IMG/VR virus record: IMGVR_UViG_3300045988_123629
Origin: a virus
Length of the DNA stretch: 64,000 bases
Direction: 5' to 3' (one strand)
Positions 1-11,658 of the stretch are shown piece by piece. How positions within the stretch are numbered: the stretch's first letter is position 1; each line of letters begins with the position of its first letter. Made by a program: the position numbers and the translations under genes. The notes below the pieces were generated by a model. It saw nothing but the letters and a program-made list of their open reading frames with translations, did no database searches and had not been told where the DNA came from.

Positions 1-342
1 CTGCTCTTCCCTCAAAATCATAATTATAAAATATATTTAACAATAGCATACACTCATATTGTGCGATTGGCCATTTATTCAATTCTTTTTGCTAATTTGC
101 CATTTTTTGGTATAACACCCAAAAAGCTTTTCTATATAACCATAAAAAAAGGAGTGATGCTACTAATGCACAACTCAATAATATAATAAAAATAGTTTCC
201 ATAAATACTCCTTTTCTTTTTTCTTATAATAATAATAAAATAAAAATAAAGAAATGTCAAGTCGTAGAGTGTGATTGGGCAAAAGTTATTTGTTTTGTTA
301 AAAAAATTTTTAAATATAAAAAGAAAAAATTTTAAATGAAAC

Positions 343-377
343 TTGACAAAAAAAATTTTTTCGAGTATAATATAAAT
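343..377 (+). promoter_or_regulatory. sigma70-like promoter (TTGACA, spacer of 17 to 18, TATAAT) upstream of the first late gene
   Basis: ttgaca at 343-348, followed by aaaaaaaattttttcga, then gtataat; a Shine-Dalgarno tggaggtag sits 7 nt before the ATG at 396. Confidence 0.5.
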
Positions 378-395
378 ATAGACTGGAGGTAGAAA

Positions 396-1451
396 ATGAT
401 AAAACTTGATTATTCTTTACAAACTCCAGAAGAAAGAAATCAATTAGTCGAACAAATTTTGGCTGATAATCCAGATCCGCCTGAAAAGTATTTAGAAATT
501 TTAGCAGACTATTTGGTTCTTTGTATGGAGAAACAAGAAAAAAAGGAGAAAAAATTATTAACTGATAATCGTATGGCTACAGTTAATAAGCGTGAGACTT
601 CTTTTGAAGGTCTTGTTTCCCAACTCGAAAATGGCGAAGATGGAATTTATAATTTAATTACAGATAATAGAAATACAATATTTCAACCACATATTACAAT
701 TACAAAAAAAGATTTAGAAGAGATACCAAGTTTAAATTAGTTAAGAGAAGCCATTAATGTTTGGGAGGCTAAATTAAAAGTAACAGAAGGCAAAGATGCT
801 TTTGTTATTAAAAAGGCTCTTATTGAAATGCGTAAAGATTAGTATGTTATGAAAAATGCTTATCGTCGTCCAATAGTGCCTACAAAATTAACCAGATCAA
901 AGTCTTATATTCCATTAGACGATAAAACATTTATTTTTGATGATGATGGTTTTCCCATTCCTGATGGAATTAGTTTATTAAGACCTGAAATATGTTCTGC
1001 GGTTTTATGTAATTATTCCCGATTAAAGCAAGATAGTTGGGGCGAATATGATAAAGACTTATGGTATTTAATGGAGGATTTTGATAAGCTTTGTGATAAA
1101 GCTTTAGCTAATTATCCTCTTTATGATAGAATCGTTGAATATAAAATTGATGGTTTACAAAATATTGACATTCAAGAGAAAATACAAATGGAATTTGGTA
1201 TTAAACATAGTCTTGAATATATTTCAAGTTTATGGCGTAATAAAATTCCAAAATTAATTGCTTCGACTGCGGAAGATGAATATTTAGATAATTATTATTT
1301 AAATGTTGAAAAAGGTAAATATAAAAAATGTAGTCGTTGTGGTAAAATAAAATTAGCTCATAATAAATATTTTAGTAAAAATAAAACAAGTAAAGATGGC
1401 TTTTATAGTATTTGTAAAAGTTGTCGAAATTCTAAGGTCAAAAAATCTTAA
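396..1451 (+). CDS. hypothetical protein with C-terminal C4 zinc ribbon; requires read-through of 2 in-frame TAGs
   Basis: ORFs 396-740 and 849-1451 are in the same frame and separated only by TAGs at 738 and 840; strong RBS; C-terminus has CSRCGK...CKSC; TAA stop. Confidence 0.6.
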
Positions 1452-1500
1452 TATTGTCCTTTTGTTTATAATAAATAATTGAAAGGAGAATTTTTTATTT

Positions 1501-2688
1501 ATGGCTGAAACATATTATTGCGAAAAATGTAATCGCACAATGAATGGCACAGAATTTTATTCATCTAATAATTTAGAAAAATATCCTAATGATGGTAAAT
1601 TTCCTGTGTGCAAAAAATGTATGACAATGCACGTTGATAATTGGAATCCAGATACTTATTTATGGATTTTACAAGAAGCGGATGTTCCTTATGTTCCAGA
1701 TGAATGGAATAAATTAATGGAAAAATATGGACGCGATCCGCAGTCTATGACCGGTATGACAATTCTTGGACGTTATTTGTCAAAAATGAAACTCAAATAG
1801 TTTAAAGATTATCGTTGGAAAGATACAGAATTTTTACAGTAGATGGCAAATAATAAATTAGAGCAAACTATGAAACGTCAAGGGTATGATGCTCAATAGA
1901 TTGCAACCGCTATTGAAAAAAGTTCTATCACTATTCCAGAAGGAGAACTAAAAGAGCCGGTTTACGCTCCACCACCCAATGCCCCTACGGAAGATTATTT
2001 CGCACAATAGAGCGGTGAAGTGGAACAAGAATTAGACTTAACTGATGAAGACCGCACTTATTTAAGACTTAAATGGGGCAAAACTTATAAACCTGAAGAA
2101 TGGGTTAAACTTGAATAGTTATATGAAGAAATGATGGCTTCTTATGATATTCAAGGCGCCGGACATAAAGATACGCTAAAATTAATATGTAAGACATCTT
2201 TAAAGGCAAATCAATTGATCGATATTGGTGATATTGAAGGTTTCCAAAAGATGAGCAAAGTATACGATAGCTTGATGAAGTCTGGTAAATTTACCGCTGC
2301 TCAAAACAAAGCAGAATCAGGTGAATTTGTTGATTCAATTGGCGAATTAATTGAATTATGTGAAAAAGAAGGATATATTGAAAGATATTATGTTGAATAG
2401 CCACATGATAAAGTGGATTTAACTATTCAAGATATGCAACGTTATACTCGCACTCTTATCGAAGATGAAACTAATATTAGCACAATGGTAGAAAAGGCTT
2501 TACGCGAAAATGCTAAAGAAGATGAAGAGAAAGCAAAGAACGCGGAAAGCGATATTGTTGATGATGCTGATTTAAGTATTGAAGAACTTGAAAAAACTAT
2601 TAAAGATAGTGATTACGCGGATTTTGAGGAATTTAAAGAATAGGAGTCCGCGCAAGATAATGAGTTCTTATAGGGTTTAGATAAATAA
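1501..2688 (+). CDS. Zn-ribbon protein immediately upstream of TerL, possible terminase small subunit; 8 in-frame TAGs
   Basis: One frame is continuous from the ATG at 1501 to the TAA at 2686-2688, with TAGs at 1798, 1840, 1897, 2008, 2116, 2398, 2641 and 2671; N-terminus has CEKCNR...CKKC; RBS aaaggag; the stop overlaps the TerL start in a TAATG. Confidence 0.4.
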
Positions 2689-4427
2689 TGGCATTACAAG
2701 ATTTACTGTAGTTAAGTGATAGCCGTAGAAAAATAGGTCTATCACCGGAGCGAGTAGAAGCGGTAATGCCCACTATCCGCAAATACGTTGCCTTTTGGAG
2801 AGAATATCCTGATTTATTTGTAGATTTTATGGTGCGAGGAAGACGCACTGAAATAAAAGATGGAGAATTTAATTTTTATTTTTATTAGAGAGTATTTCTC
2901 CGTTCTGTTATGCGTTATTAGTATGTTTACGCGGTTTTTCCTCGTGCTTATTCTAAATCATTTTTGTCTGTTATGGCATTAATGATTAGATGTATTTTAT
3001 ATCCTGGCGCACATTTGTTTGTTACTTCTGGAGGTAAAGAGCAAGGTGCTAGTATTCTTCATGATAAAGTTCAAGAAATATGTGAACTTATTCCAAGCTT
3101 TAATCGAGAAATTGATTGGAGTCGAGGAAAAACTCTTGAAGGAAAAGATAAAGTTAGATATGTGTTTAAAAATGGTTCAGTTTTGGATAACCTCGCAGCC
3201 CGTGAAAGCACTCGTGGTCAGCGTCGTCATGGTGGACTAATGGAAGAATGTGTCGGTATTGATGATGCTATTCTTCGTGAAGTTATTATTCCTGTTATGG
3301 CAATTTCTCGTAGAGCTAAAGATGGCACTACCAATGAACAAGAGCCATTAAACAAATCACAAATCTATATTACTACTGCTGGTTATAAGGGCACATTCCC
3401 TTATGATAGACTTATTGGTTTCTTAGTTCGTATGGTGACTTAGCCCGATCGTTGTATGGTATTAGGTGGAACATGGCGAACTCCTGTTGCGGTAGGATTA
3501 CAAAGTAAAACATTTATTACTGACCAAAAGAATGAAGGAACTTATAATGAAGCTTCATTCGAACGTGAATATGAATCTAAGTGGTCAGGAACTGTTGAGG
3601 ATGCTTTCTTTAATGGAGAGCATTTTGATAGAAATAGAAAATTATTATAGCCTGAGTATGAAGCTTCTGGACGGGCGGGCGCACAAGCTTATTATGTACT
3701 TTCTGTAGATGTAGGTCGTAAAGGATGCGATTCAGTAGTTTGTGTATTTAAAGTAACACCACAAGCCCAAGGTCCAGCTATTAAGTCTTTAGTAAATATG
3801 TATACTATGTCAGATGATCATTTTGAAGATTAGGCTATTAAATTAAAGAAATTATTTTATAAATATAAAGCTAAAACTTTAGTTATAGATGGTAATGGTT
3901 TAGGTATTGGACTTTTGGATTATATGGTAAAATCTCAAAATGATGAAGATGGTGAATTTTTACCTGATTTTGGTGTTGAGAATGATGATGATGGATATTA
4001 TAAAAAATATCGCACACCAAATACTCAATTTGATGCTATGTATGTTATTAAAGCAAATGCTCCAATAAATACTGAATGTCATGCTAATGCTTAGACTCAG
4101 TTACAAGCGGGTAAGGTAAAATTCTTAATAGATGAGAGAACAGCTAAAGAAAAATTATTAGCTACTCAAAAAGGTTCAAAAATGACTCCTGAACAAAGGG
4201 CAGATTATTTAAAACCATTTACTTTAACCTCCATATTAAAAGAAGAAATGATGAATTTACGCGAAGAAAATGAAGGTATTAATATTATTTTAAAATAGGC
4301 AAATCGCGGAATTCGTAAAGATAAATTTTCGGCTTTTGAATATGGATTATATTATTTAAAACTTGAAGAAGATAAAAAGAAAAAACGTAAAAAGTTTAAT
4401 GCGGCTGATTGGTGCTTTTTAAATTAA
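2688..4427 (+). CDS. terL: terminase large subunit
   Basis: ATG at 2688-2690, which overlaps the upstream TAA; one continuous frame across several TAGs to the TAA at 4425-4427; ORF-track fragments (FYFYQRVF..., ...GGKEQGAS..., ITTAGYKG...) resemble terminase ATPase and nuclease regions. Confidence 0.8.
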
Positions 4428-4439
4428 GGAGGGTGGAAA

Positions 4440-4796
4440 GTGCGTGCTTCAAGAGGAGAAATTAAAATTGAAGAAATCTTAGAAGAAGCAGGACTACCTT
4501 TTAAAATGGAATACATCTTTCCAGATTTAAAAAGCCCAAGCGGGCGTCCGCTTCGTTTTGATTTTGTTATATTTGATGATGATGGAAAAATTGATTTCAT
4601 TATTGAGTATTAGGGAAAATAGCATTATGAAGCCAGTTCTAAATTTGGTGGAAAGCGCGGTTTATACCAGTAGCAATATAATGATAATCAAAAAAGACGT
4701 TTTTGCGCTTTACATGATTTTAGATTAATAGAGATTCCATATACCGACGAAAACCTTATTTCTTATGATTATATAATGAAATTAGCAGGTTATTAA
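4440..4796 (+). CDS. small PD-(D/E)xK-type nuclease-like protein, possibly a free-standing or homing endonuclease
   Basis: GTG start 9 nt after aaggaggg; product has RFDFVIFDDDGKIDFIIEYQGKQHY, which matches a D...(D/E)xK pattern; 2 in-frame TAGs; TAA stop. Confidence 0.45.
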
Positions 4797-4809
4797 AGGA
4801 GGTGGAACT

Positions 4810-6459
4810 TTGGATACGCAAGATCGTAATGAATAGATTCATGCTAAAGGTTTTGATATTTATAATAGTCGTTATGAATATAATTACAATGATACTATGG
4901 ATTATGCTAATAGAAAAATAAAAGTTGGCACAAAAACTTTAGATGATGCTATTTTAAAACTTGGTGATTATAGTAAGATTAGATACCCAGGTCAAACTCG
5001 TATTATCACGAAACCCGATGTGCTTCGCGCACTAGCAGAAAGAGATTTAAATGCTTTGCGATATATTTCTAATTTTTATTATGATATAAGTGGTGTATAT
5101 CAACGAGTTTGTAATTATGTTGCTTTTTTATACCGCTATGACTGGTATATCGCGGCTGAGACTTATGATGATAGTGTAAAAGAAGAAAAAGTTTTAAAAG
5201 ATTTTTATAGAATGTTGAATTATTTTGATAATAGTTATATTAAAAAGATTTGTGGAGATATTGCTTTACAAGTTGTTAAAAATGGATGCTATTATGGATA
5301 TATAGTTCCTTCAGAGAAAAATCTAATTTTACAAGAATTACCAGTTAGATATTGTAGAACACGTTATAGTGTAAATAATACCCCAGTTGTTGAATTTGAT
5401 ATGCGATTTTTTGATACTTTTAGAGATATGAATTATCGTTTAAAAGTATTAAAATTATTTCCAGAAGAATTTGCTAAAGGTTATGTTCTATATAAACAAG
5501 GAAAACTTGCTTTAGAAGAGGCAGTTGGATGCTAGCATACTGGTAGTTGGTATGTTCTTGAACCAGAAAATTGTGTTAAATTTAATATTAATAATAGTGA
5601 TGTTCCTATTTTTGTAAATTCGATTCCTACTATTATGGATTTAGATGCGGCGCAAGATCTTGATCGCAAGAAACAAATGTAGAAGTTACTTAAAATTTTA
5701 GTCCAAAAGCTCCCAATGGATAAAAATGGTGATTTGATATTTGATGTTGATGAAGCCAGAGATATCCATAATAATGCCGTTTAGATGTTATAGAGGGCTA
5801 TTGGAGTAGATGTTTTAACTACATTTACTGACGTAGATTCTATTGATATGTCTGATAAGAATACTACTACAACGACAGATGATTTAGCTAAAGTTGAACG
5901 TAGTGTTTATAATTCATTAGGTATTTCATAGAATTTATTTAATACTGATGGTAATATGGCTTTAGAAAAATCAGTATTAAATGATGAATCTACAATAAGA
6001 AGTTTAATTTTATAGTTTAATATATTTTTTAATAGAATTATTGAAAAAAAGAGTAGTAATAAGAAATATAATTTTAGATTTTATTTATTAGAAACTACTT
6101 AGAATAATTATCAAACACTTTCTAAAATGTATAAAGAACAAGCGCAAATGGGACAATCAAAGTTATTGTCTTAGATTGCTCTTGGACATTCGTAGAGTTT
6201 TATTCTTAATGCAGCTCATTTTGAAAATGAGATTTTACATTTAAGTGAAATTATGATTCCTCCTCTTATGAGTTCTACTATGGGTAGTGAAGATATTTTG
6301 GGTTTAAAAGGTTCATCATCTAATAATAAAACTCAAAATAATTCAGGAAGCTCAGGTTCTGGAACTGCTAAAGCTTCTAATGGTGAGGCAGGACGTCCGG
6401 AAAAACCTGACGATTAGAAAAGTGAAAAAACTATTCAAAATAAAGAAGCAATGAAATAA
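4810..6459 (+). CDS. putative portal protein, about 549 aa
   Basis: TTG start after aaggaggtgg; a single frame (includes ORF 4897-5535) is continuous across many TAGs to the TAA at 6457-6459; size and position after TerL fit a portal; the acidic Ser/Gly-rich C-terminus is typical. Confidence 0.45.
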
Positions 6460-6468
6460 GGAGGATTT

Positions 6469-8046
6469 ATGAAACATACAAGTATTAAATTAAATACACC
6501 TTGTGAGTTTATAAATATAACTCCTGTAAATCCTTTAATTTCTAAATGCCAAATTAAGGTTTGCTATGTAGATGATAAACCTAATCGCAATAAAAGCGTA
6601 ATTACTAAAGACGTAGCAACTGAGATGGCTAATAGCCTTCCTGGTAGTCCTATTGTTGGTTTTTTTAATGAAAATACCGAAGATTTTGAAGAACATAATA
6701 GGATAATTGAATTATCTAATGGCGAATTTAGAATGAAAGATAATACTCGCCCTTATGGTTTTGTTGATCTTGGAGCTAGAGTTTGGTTTTAGAAATTTTT
6801 GGATGATGGTGTTGTCGAACGTGAATATTTAATGACTGAAGGTTATTTGTGGACTGGTTAGTATCCTGAATGTAAACGTGTAGTTAATAAAGGAAATAAT
6901 CATTCTATGGAGCTTGATGAAAAAACATTAAATGCTACGTGGGCAAAAGATAGCAATGGAAAACCTTAGTTTTTTATTATAAATAAGGCAATTATTTCTA
7001 AACTTTGTATTTTGGGAGAAGAAAATGAACCTTGTTTCGAAGGCTCCCAAATCAATGTGAATTTTTCATTCGATGATGGTTTTAAGAACACTTTGTTCTC
7101 CATGATGAATGAACTTAAAGAATTTATGAAAGAAGGAGGAGCCAAAGTGTTTACACAATACGCTGTTAATATTGGCGACAATTTGTGGAATTCTCTTTAT
7201 TCTTATATTGAGAATAAGTATCCTGTCGAACCAAAGAATTATTGTTCTGTTTATCGCATTGAAGGCGTTTGCGAAGATGGTGAACAAAAGTTTGCTGTTT
7301 TGAAGAATAAGCAAGATGAAAAATACTATCGTATGGATTTTTCTCTTGAAGCAGAGAATTTCGTTCCTTCTGATACTTTAATTGAAGTAACTGATTATGC
7401 TCCTGCGGCCGAGCCTCAGTTTGCTCTTAATGCTGTAGAAGAATTTGAAAATGAGTATGCTTCAAAAAAGAAAGCAGAAGAGGACAAAAATAATAAATCA
7501 AATAATCCTGACGGTGAAAATAAATCAGAGGGTAATGATAATAAAAAGAACCCTGATAATGGAGATCCCTCTAATAAGTCTGATAAAGGCGACAACGGTG
7601 AGAATGATGATGATAAAAAGAAAAAGAAAAATTATTCTCTTGAGGATGTTGTTGAATATACTGAACTTAAAGCTCAGTATGATGAATTACAGACTAAATT
7701 CGCGGCTCTTGAAACTGAAAATAATAGCTTGAAAGAGCAAATTGCTCCACTTGCTGAATTTAAAAATGCCGCTGAAAAGAAAGATAAAGAAGATATGATT
7801 GCTAAATTCTATATGCTTTCTGATGAAGATAAGGCTGATGTTGTTGAAAATATTGATAAATATTCTCTTGATGATATTGAAGCTAAATTATCTGTTATTT
7901 GTGTTCGCAACAAGGTGAGTTTCGACCTTGACGAAAATAATAAGCCCAATGGTGCTACTACTTTTAATTTGAACGATAATGGTTCAGAAGATGATGATAT
8001 GCCCGCTTGGGTGAAGGCGGCTTTTGCTACCGCCAACAAAAATTAA
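6469..8046 (+). CDS. putative scaffolding protein with acidic coiled-coil C-terminal half
   Basis: ORFs 6469-6792 and 7012-8046 are in the same frame, joined across TAGs at 6790, 6859 and 6967; C-terminal half is D/E/K-rich with heptad-like ELQTKFAALETENNSLKEQI; RBS aaggagg. Confidence 0.45.
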
Positions 8047-8063
8047 TAAGGAGGACATACTAA

Positions 8064-8981
8064 ATGTTTAAAGACTTTTTGAATAAGAATCTTCCTATTA
8101 AGTCTCAGGCAAAGTATGTTGAGTTTGGTTACGGTCAGGTCGAGCCTAATCACCTTTCCGCACAAAGAAATGCTCAAATCTATGCTCAACTTCCCGCCAA
8201 TAAAGACATTGAGATTCTTGAAAATGGTCAGTTTGTAAAGTATGACTATGCTGCTAATAATAACGGTGTCGGCGAAGTCAACTTCACTGGCGAAGGCGAA
8301 TGGATGCTCGTTTATAACGAGATTAAACTTTATCGTGATCATTATGATGGCAGTAAGCAGTGGGATTGCGAATTTGCTATGATTAAAGATGACTATCAGG
8401 CTCGTGTTTATAGCCCTTATGATTGGGAGCATACCGAGGTTGAATATGGTGGTCGTTTCTGGAATGGTGTTGATGAAAAGGGTCAAACCTATAAGTTAAT
8501 CAATCAGACCGTTTCCGCAGATCAAGGTTTAAAGACTGTTACTATTGCTGGTCGTGTTTATGATGTTGATGAAACCGGCAAGTTTACTTATGATGGTAAT
8601 GAATATACTCTTGATAGTAATCATCAGGTTGCTAATGTTCCTGTAAAGTATTACTATGATAAGCTTCTTACTGATGTTCCTGATATGTATGAAATGAATT
8701 GGACCAATGATCCATATCATAAGTTAGGTATTTATCATGAGAAGTTCATGGAATCTGGCACTTCTATGGTTCCTCGTGTATTTAAGACCATGATTGGTGA
8801 TCTTTATACTACTAATATGATTAATGAAGAGACTCTTGCTGTTGGAGATAAGCTTTCTCCTTCTGCTGCTACAAAGGGTATTCTTAGCAAAACTGGCGAC
8901 GATTCAATGACCTGGCAGGTTGTTAAGGTTTATACTATGCCTGATGGTCAAAAGGGTGTCAAGGTAATGCGTATTAAGTAA
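8064..8981 (+). CDS. head or virion structural protein (decoration or second head protein); TAG-free
   Basis: RBS aaggaggacatactaaATG; no in-frame TAG; higher GC and codon usage typical of highly expressed genes; lies between scaffold and capsid candidate. Confidence 0.4.
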   Translation: MFKDFLNKNLPIKSQAKYVEFGYGQVEPNHLSAQRNAQIYAQLPANKDIEILENGQFVKYDYAANNNGVGEVNFTGEGEWMLVYNEIKLYRDHYDGSKQWDCEFAMIKDDYQARVYSPYDWEHTEVEYGGRFWNGVDEKGQTYKLINQTVSADQGLKTVTIAGRVYDVDETGKFTYDGNEYTLDSNHQVANVPVKYYYDKLLTDVPDMYEMNWTNDPYHKLGIYHEKFMESGTSMVPRVFKTMIGDLYTTNMINEETLAVGDKLSPSAATKGILSKTGDDSMTWQVVKVYTMPDGQKGVKVMRIK

Positions 8982-8998
8982 GAAAGGAGAAAAGGATA

Positions 8999-10105
8999 AT
9001 GTTAGATAAAAATAATTTAATTGCTCTTATGAAGCAAGTTGCTAAGGCTGATCCTTCTGCTCCTGTTGCTTATAGTTATGAGGGAAAAAATCTTAGTTAT
9101 GAAGCCTTAAATGAAACTCTTCGTAATGAAATGAATGAGTTGGCTGGTACTTACGCTCTTTATCGTGAAAATAAGAATCTTATTTTCTCTATGATTGAGC
9201 AGACTCTTGATGAGGTTCTTCCTAAGAAAGTTATTCAGCAATATGATCAGTTTGCTGAGGTTAAGACTTTCGCTCAGGGTGATAAGCCTATTTTCCGCCG
9301 TCCTCTTAATAATCGTGCTCGTGCTAAGCAGTTTGTAACTCGCGTTGGTCTTGCTGGTATTTATGAAGTCTTCAAGCTCGGACCTAAAGAGAATGAAGCC
9401 TTCGAGGTACGCACTAGCGCTATCGGCGGAGCTGCTCAGATTGGCTTCGAAGAATTCCTTGATGGTCGTGTTGATTTTGGTGAAGTAACCAAGATCATCA
9501 TGGATGGTATGGATGAACTTATTTATAAAGAAGTCGCTGCTGCTCTTAGATCTTCTATCAATCAGCTTCCTCCTGCTAACCGCGTTGCGGCTGCCGGATT
9601 TGATGAAGCTGCTATGGATCGTTTGATCACTATTGCTTCTGCTTATGGTACTCCTACTATTTATTGTACTTATGAGTTTGCTGTTAAGATGATTCCTCAT
9701 GAGGCTTGGAGATATACTGAAGCTATGAAGAACGAGCTTTGGAATAATGGTCGTCTTGCCACTTACAAGGGTACTAAGGTTATTATTCTTGAGCAGGGCT
9801 TTGAAGATGAAACCAATACTCGTAAGGTTATTGATCCTGGTTATGCTTGGGTTATTCCTACGGGCGCTGATGGTAAGCCTGTAAAGATTGCTTTCGAAGG
9901 TGGCACTATTGTTGATGAATTCAACAATTATGATCGTTCTCGTGAGATTCAGGTTTACAAGAAGGTTGGCGTAGTTTGTATGCTTGCCAATAACATCTGT
10001 GCTTATGTTGATACTTCACTTCTCGGTCAGATGTATACTTGGAATTATGATGGAGTTACTGGTAAGGTTATCACTTATGATGGTCGCCTTGACGGTACTG
10101 TCTAA
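8999..10105 (+). CDS. major capsid protein candidate, 368 aa, TAG-free
   Basis: RBS aaaggagaaaaggataATG; no TAG; expression-optimised codons; followed by a strong rho-independent terminator; size and position consistent with an HK97-fold capsid protein. Confidence 0.5.
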   Translation: MLDKNNLIALMKQVAKADPSAPVAYSYEGKNLSYEALNETLRNEMNELAGTYALYRENKNLIFSMIEQTLDEVLPKKVIQQYDQFAEVKTFAQGDKPIFRRPLNNRARAKQFVTRVGLAGIYEVFKLGPKENEAFEVRTSAIGGAAQIGFEEFLDGRVDFGEVTKIIMDGMDELIYKEVAAALRSSINQLPPANRVAAAGFDEAAMDRLITIASAYGTPTIYCTYEFAVKMIPHEAWRYTEAMKNELWNNGRLATYKGTKVIILEQGFEDETNTRKVIDPGYAWVIPTGADGKPVKIAFEGGTIVDEFNNYDRSREIQVYKKVGVVCMLANNICAYVDTSLLGQMYTWNYDGVTGKVITYDGRLDGTV

Positions 10106-10121
10106 TTTAATATAAATTATT

Positions 10122-10168
10122 CCATGGGGAGAAGGGATTAAACTCCCTCTCCCCATATTTTTGTTTTA
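10122..10168 (+). terminator. rho-independent terminator after the capsid gene
   Basis: ggggagaaggga, loop ttaaac, tccctctcccc, then atatttttgtttt. Confidence 0.7.
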
Positions 10169-10191
10169 TGAGTAAAAGGAGAAATTGAATA

Positions 10192-10785
10192 ATGATTAAT
10201 AATGAAGATATTTATAATGTAAAAAATAGAAGCACTAGTGTAGTTGTTTATACTATTCCTGATACTAATTTGCGTCGTGAATTTGCGCCCGGTGAAACTA
10301 AGCGCATTCCATTTGGTGAGCTAGAGAAGTTAACTTATCAGGCGGGCGGCCGCGAATTAATTGCTAATTTTTTACAAATTTTAGAGCCAGAAGTAACTCA
10401 TACTCTTAATGTTCATACTGAACCTGAATATAATATGTCAGAGCAACAAGTTGCTGATTTAATTCTTAATGGCTCATTAGATGCTTTTTTAGATGCTCTT
10501 GATTTTGCTCCTATTGGAATTATTGACTTAATCAAGAATTTATCTGTTAGCCTTCCTATTACTGATATTAATAAGCGTAGAGCTTTGAAGGAAAAAACTG
10601 GGTTTGATGTTGATAAAGCTATTGCTAATGATATCGCTAGTAAAGAAGAAGATACTATTGTAGAGAAAGAACCCGCTGCTAAGCGTCGTGTAGTAAGAGA
10701 AGAACCTGTTACTCAAGGTCGTCGCACAAGCGGTTCTGGATATAAAGTAATTAATAAAACCGAGGAAACTTCCTCCAAGAAATAA
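10192..10785 (+). CDS. hypothetical head-tail connector or head completion protein with basic C-terminus
   Basis: RBS aaaaggag; 197 aa with no TAG; C-terminus is K/R-rich (AKRRVVREEPVTQGRRTSGSGYK). Confidence 0.4.
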   Translation: MINNEDIYNVKNRSTSVVVYTIPDTNLRREFAPGETKRIPFGELEKLTYQAGGRELIANFLQILEPEVTHTLNVHTEPEYNMSEQQVADLILNGSLDAFLDALDFAPIGIIDLIKNLSVSLPITDINKRRALKEKTGFDVDKAIANDIASKEEDTIVEKEPAAKRRVVREEPVTQGRRTSGSGYKVINKTEETSSKK

Positions 10786-10804
10786 TTTATAGGAGGGTGA
10801 TTAA

Positions 10805-11377
10805 GTGGGAACATTATTCTCAACTGTTTATAATCGCTTTCTAAACAAGGTTACTGATGATATGTATCTGGAATTAACTCCCGAAGATACTCTAAGAGAT
10901 TTATAGAATCTTATAATAGATGCTATTCCTGGATTTGAATTTCCGCGAAAAAATCTTTTAGATTATAATTTAGATGTCGCTACTATTAATGAATCTGATG
11001 CTATGCCGGATGATTTTATTGTAGGAACAGTATGGGGGGAACTTCCAGAACCGGGTGGAGAACCTCAAGTTTTAGTTGATAGATCCAGTTTTAATTGTGA
11101 TCTAACTGAAGAAGAAATTAATATTTTAGCTATTTTAATGATGTGCGGTTGGACGCAAAGACAAGTCACTTCAATTGAGAATACTCGAATGAAATATAGT
11201 GGCTCTGATTTTAAATTTACTTCTTAGGCAAATCATCTATCAAAGCTATTGAATTTATTAGGTGAATGCCAAAGACAATCTCACCATATGTAGCGTTTAT
11301 ATAAACGCAGACGTCTAAATAACAAAGGTGAGTATGAATCTAATTGGGATGTGTTTAAAAGTCGATATGATTACTAA
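10805..11377 (+). CDS. hypothetical connector or neck protein
   Basis: GTG start 8 nt after aggaggg; same frame as ORF 11003-11227; continuous across TAGs to the TAA at 11375-11377. Confidence 0.4.
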
Positions 11378-11658
11378 ATATAATTTTGATATTCCAATAG
11401 AGAGTATAAAAGTAAATTGTTTGCGCTTAACCAATCAATTATGGAAATTAATTCCAATGCGCGAAAATAATGAAGATTGGCATAAATAGCTAGAAACTGT
11501 TATAAATGAAATTGTGGGGTTTAGTGTGATTTTTAACGCTGAACCCCTTTATTTATAGTTATTAAATAAACTTGAGGGATTGTAGAATCAAGATACTGAT
11601 TTTAATTTTTATCGTAAGACTGTGTTTGAAACGATCAGTCTTTTATAGGAGATAAATT

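Noticed and set aside
1-21. Possible minus-strand gene start (ATGATTTTGAGGGAAGAGCAG read leftward) at the window edge
   Set aside because: Only 7 codons are visible, there is no RBS, and nothing can be said about it.
2633-2848. Minus-strand and alternative-frame ORFs embedded in long genes. Examples: 2633-2848(-), 3019-3240(+), 6966-7314(-), 7445-7732(+), 7809-8486(-), 8529-8720(-), 9107-9700(-), 13517-13828(-), 14168-14365(-), 14787-15095(-), 19496-19939(-), 29705-29911(-), 38373-38561(-), 39302-39526(-), 42657-43105(-), 47718-47939(-), 53447-53789(both strands), 53947-54150(-), 54411-54629(-), 57990-58184(+), 58387-58593(+), 61106-61604(+), 62729-63245(+).
   Set aside because: Each lies entirely inside a better-supported gene on the other strand or frame. 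None has an RBS, all show low-complexity AT-driven composition, and the real genes are continuous under TAG read-through. They are shadow ORFs.
2688-4427. Initial impression that this is a crAss-like podophage, because of the terminase motif FYQRVFLR and TAG recoding
   Set aside because: A 2770-aa tape measure protein, a tail chaperone, a siphovirus-type major tail gene, an LL-H holin and spore-protein-like genes all point to a long-tailed phage of Firmicutes. TAG-to-Gln recoding is not restricted to crAss-like phages.
11500-11560. Stem ggggtt, 20-nt spacer, then aacccc followed by tttatttat, as a terminator upstream of 11659
   Set aside because: The loop is too long and lacks internal pairing, and the T tract is interrupted. 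It is at best a weak structure.
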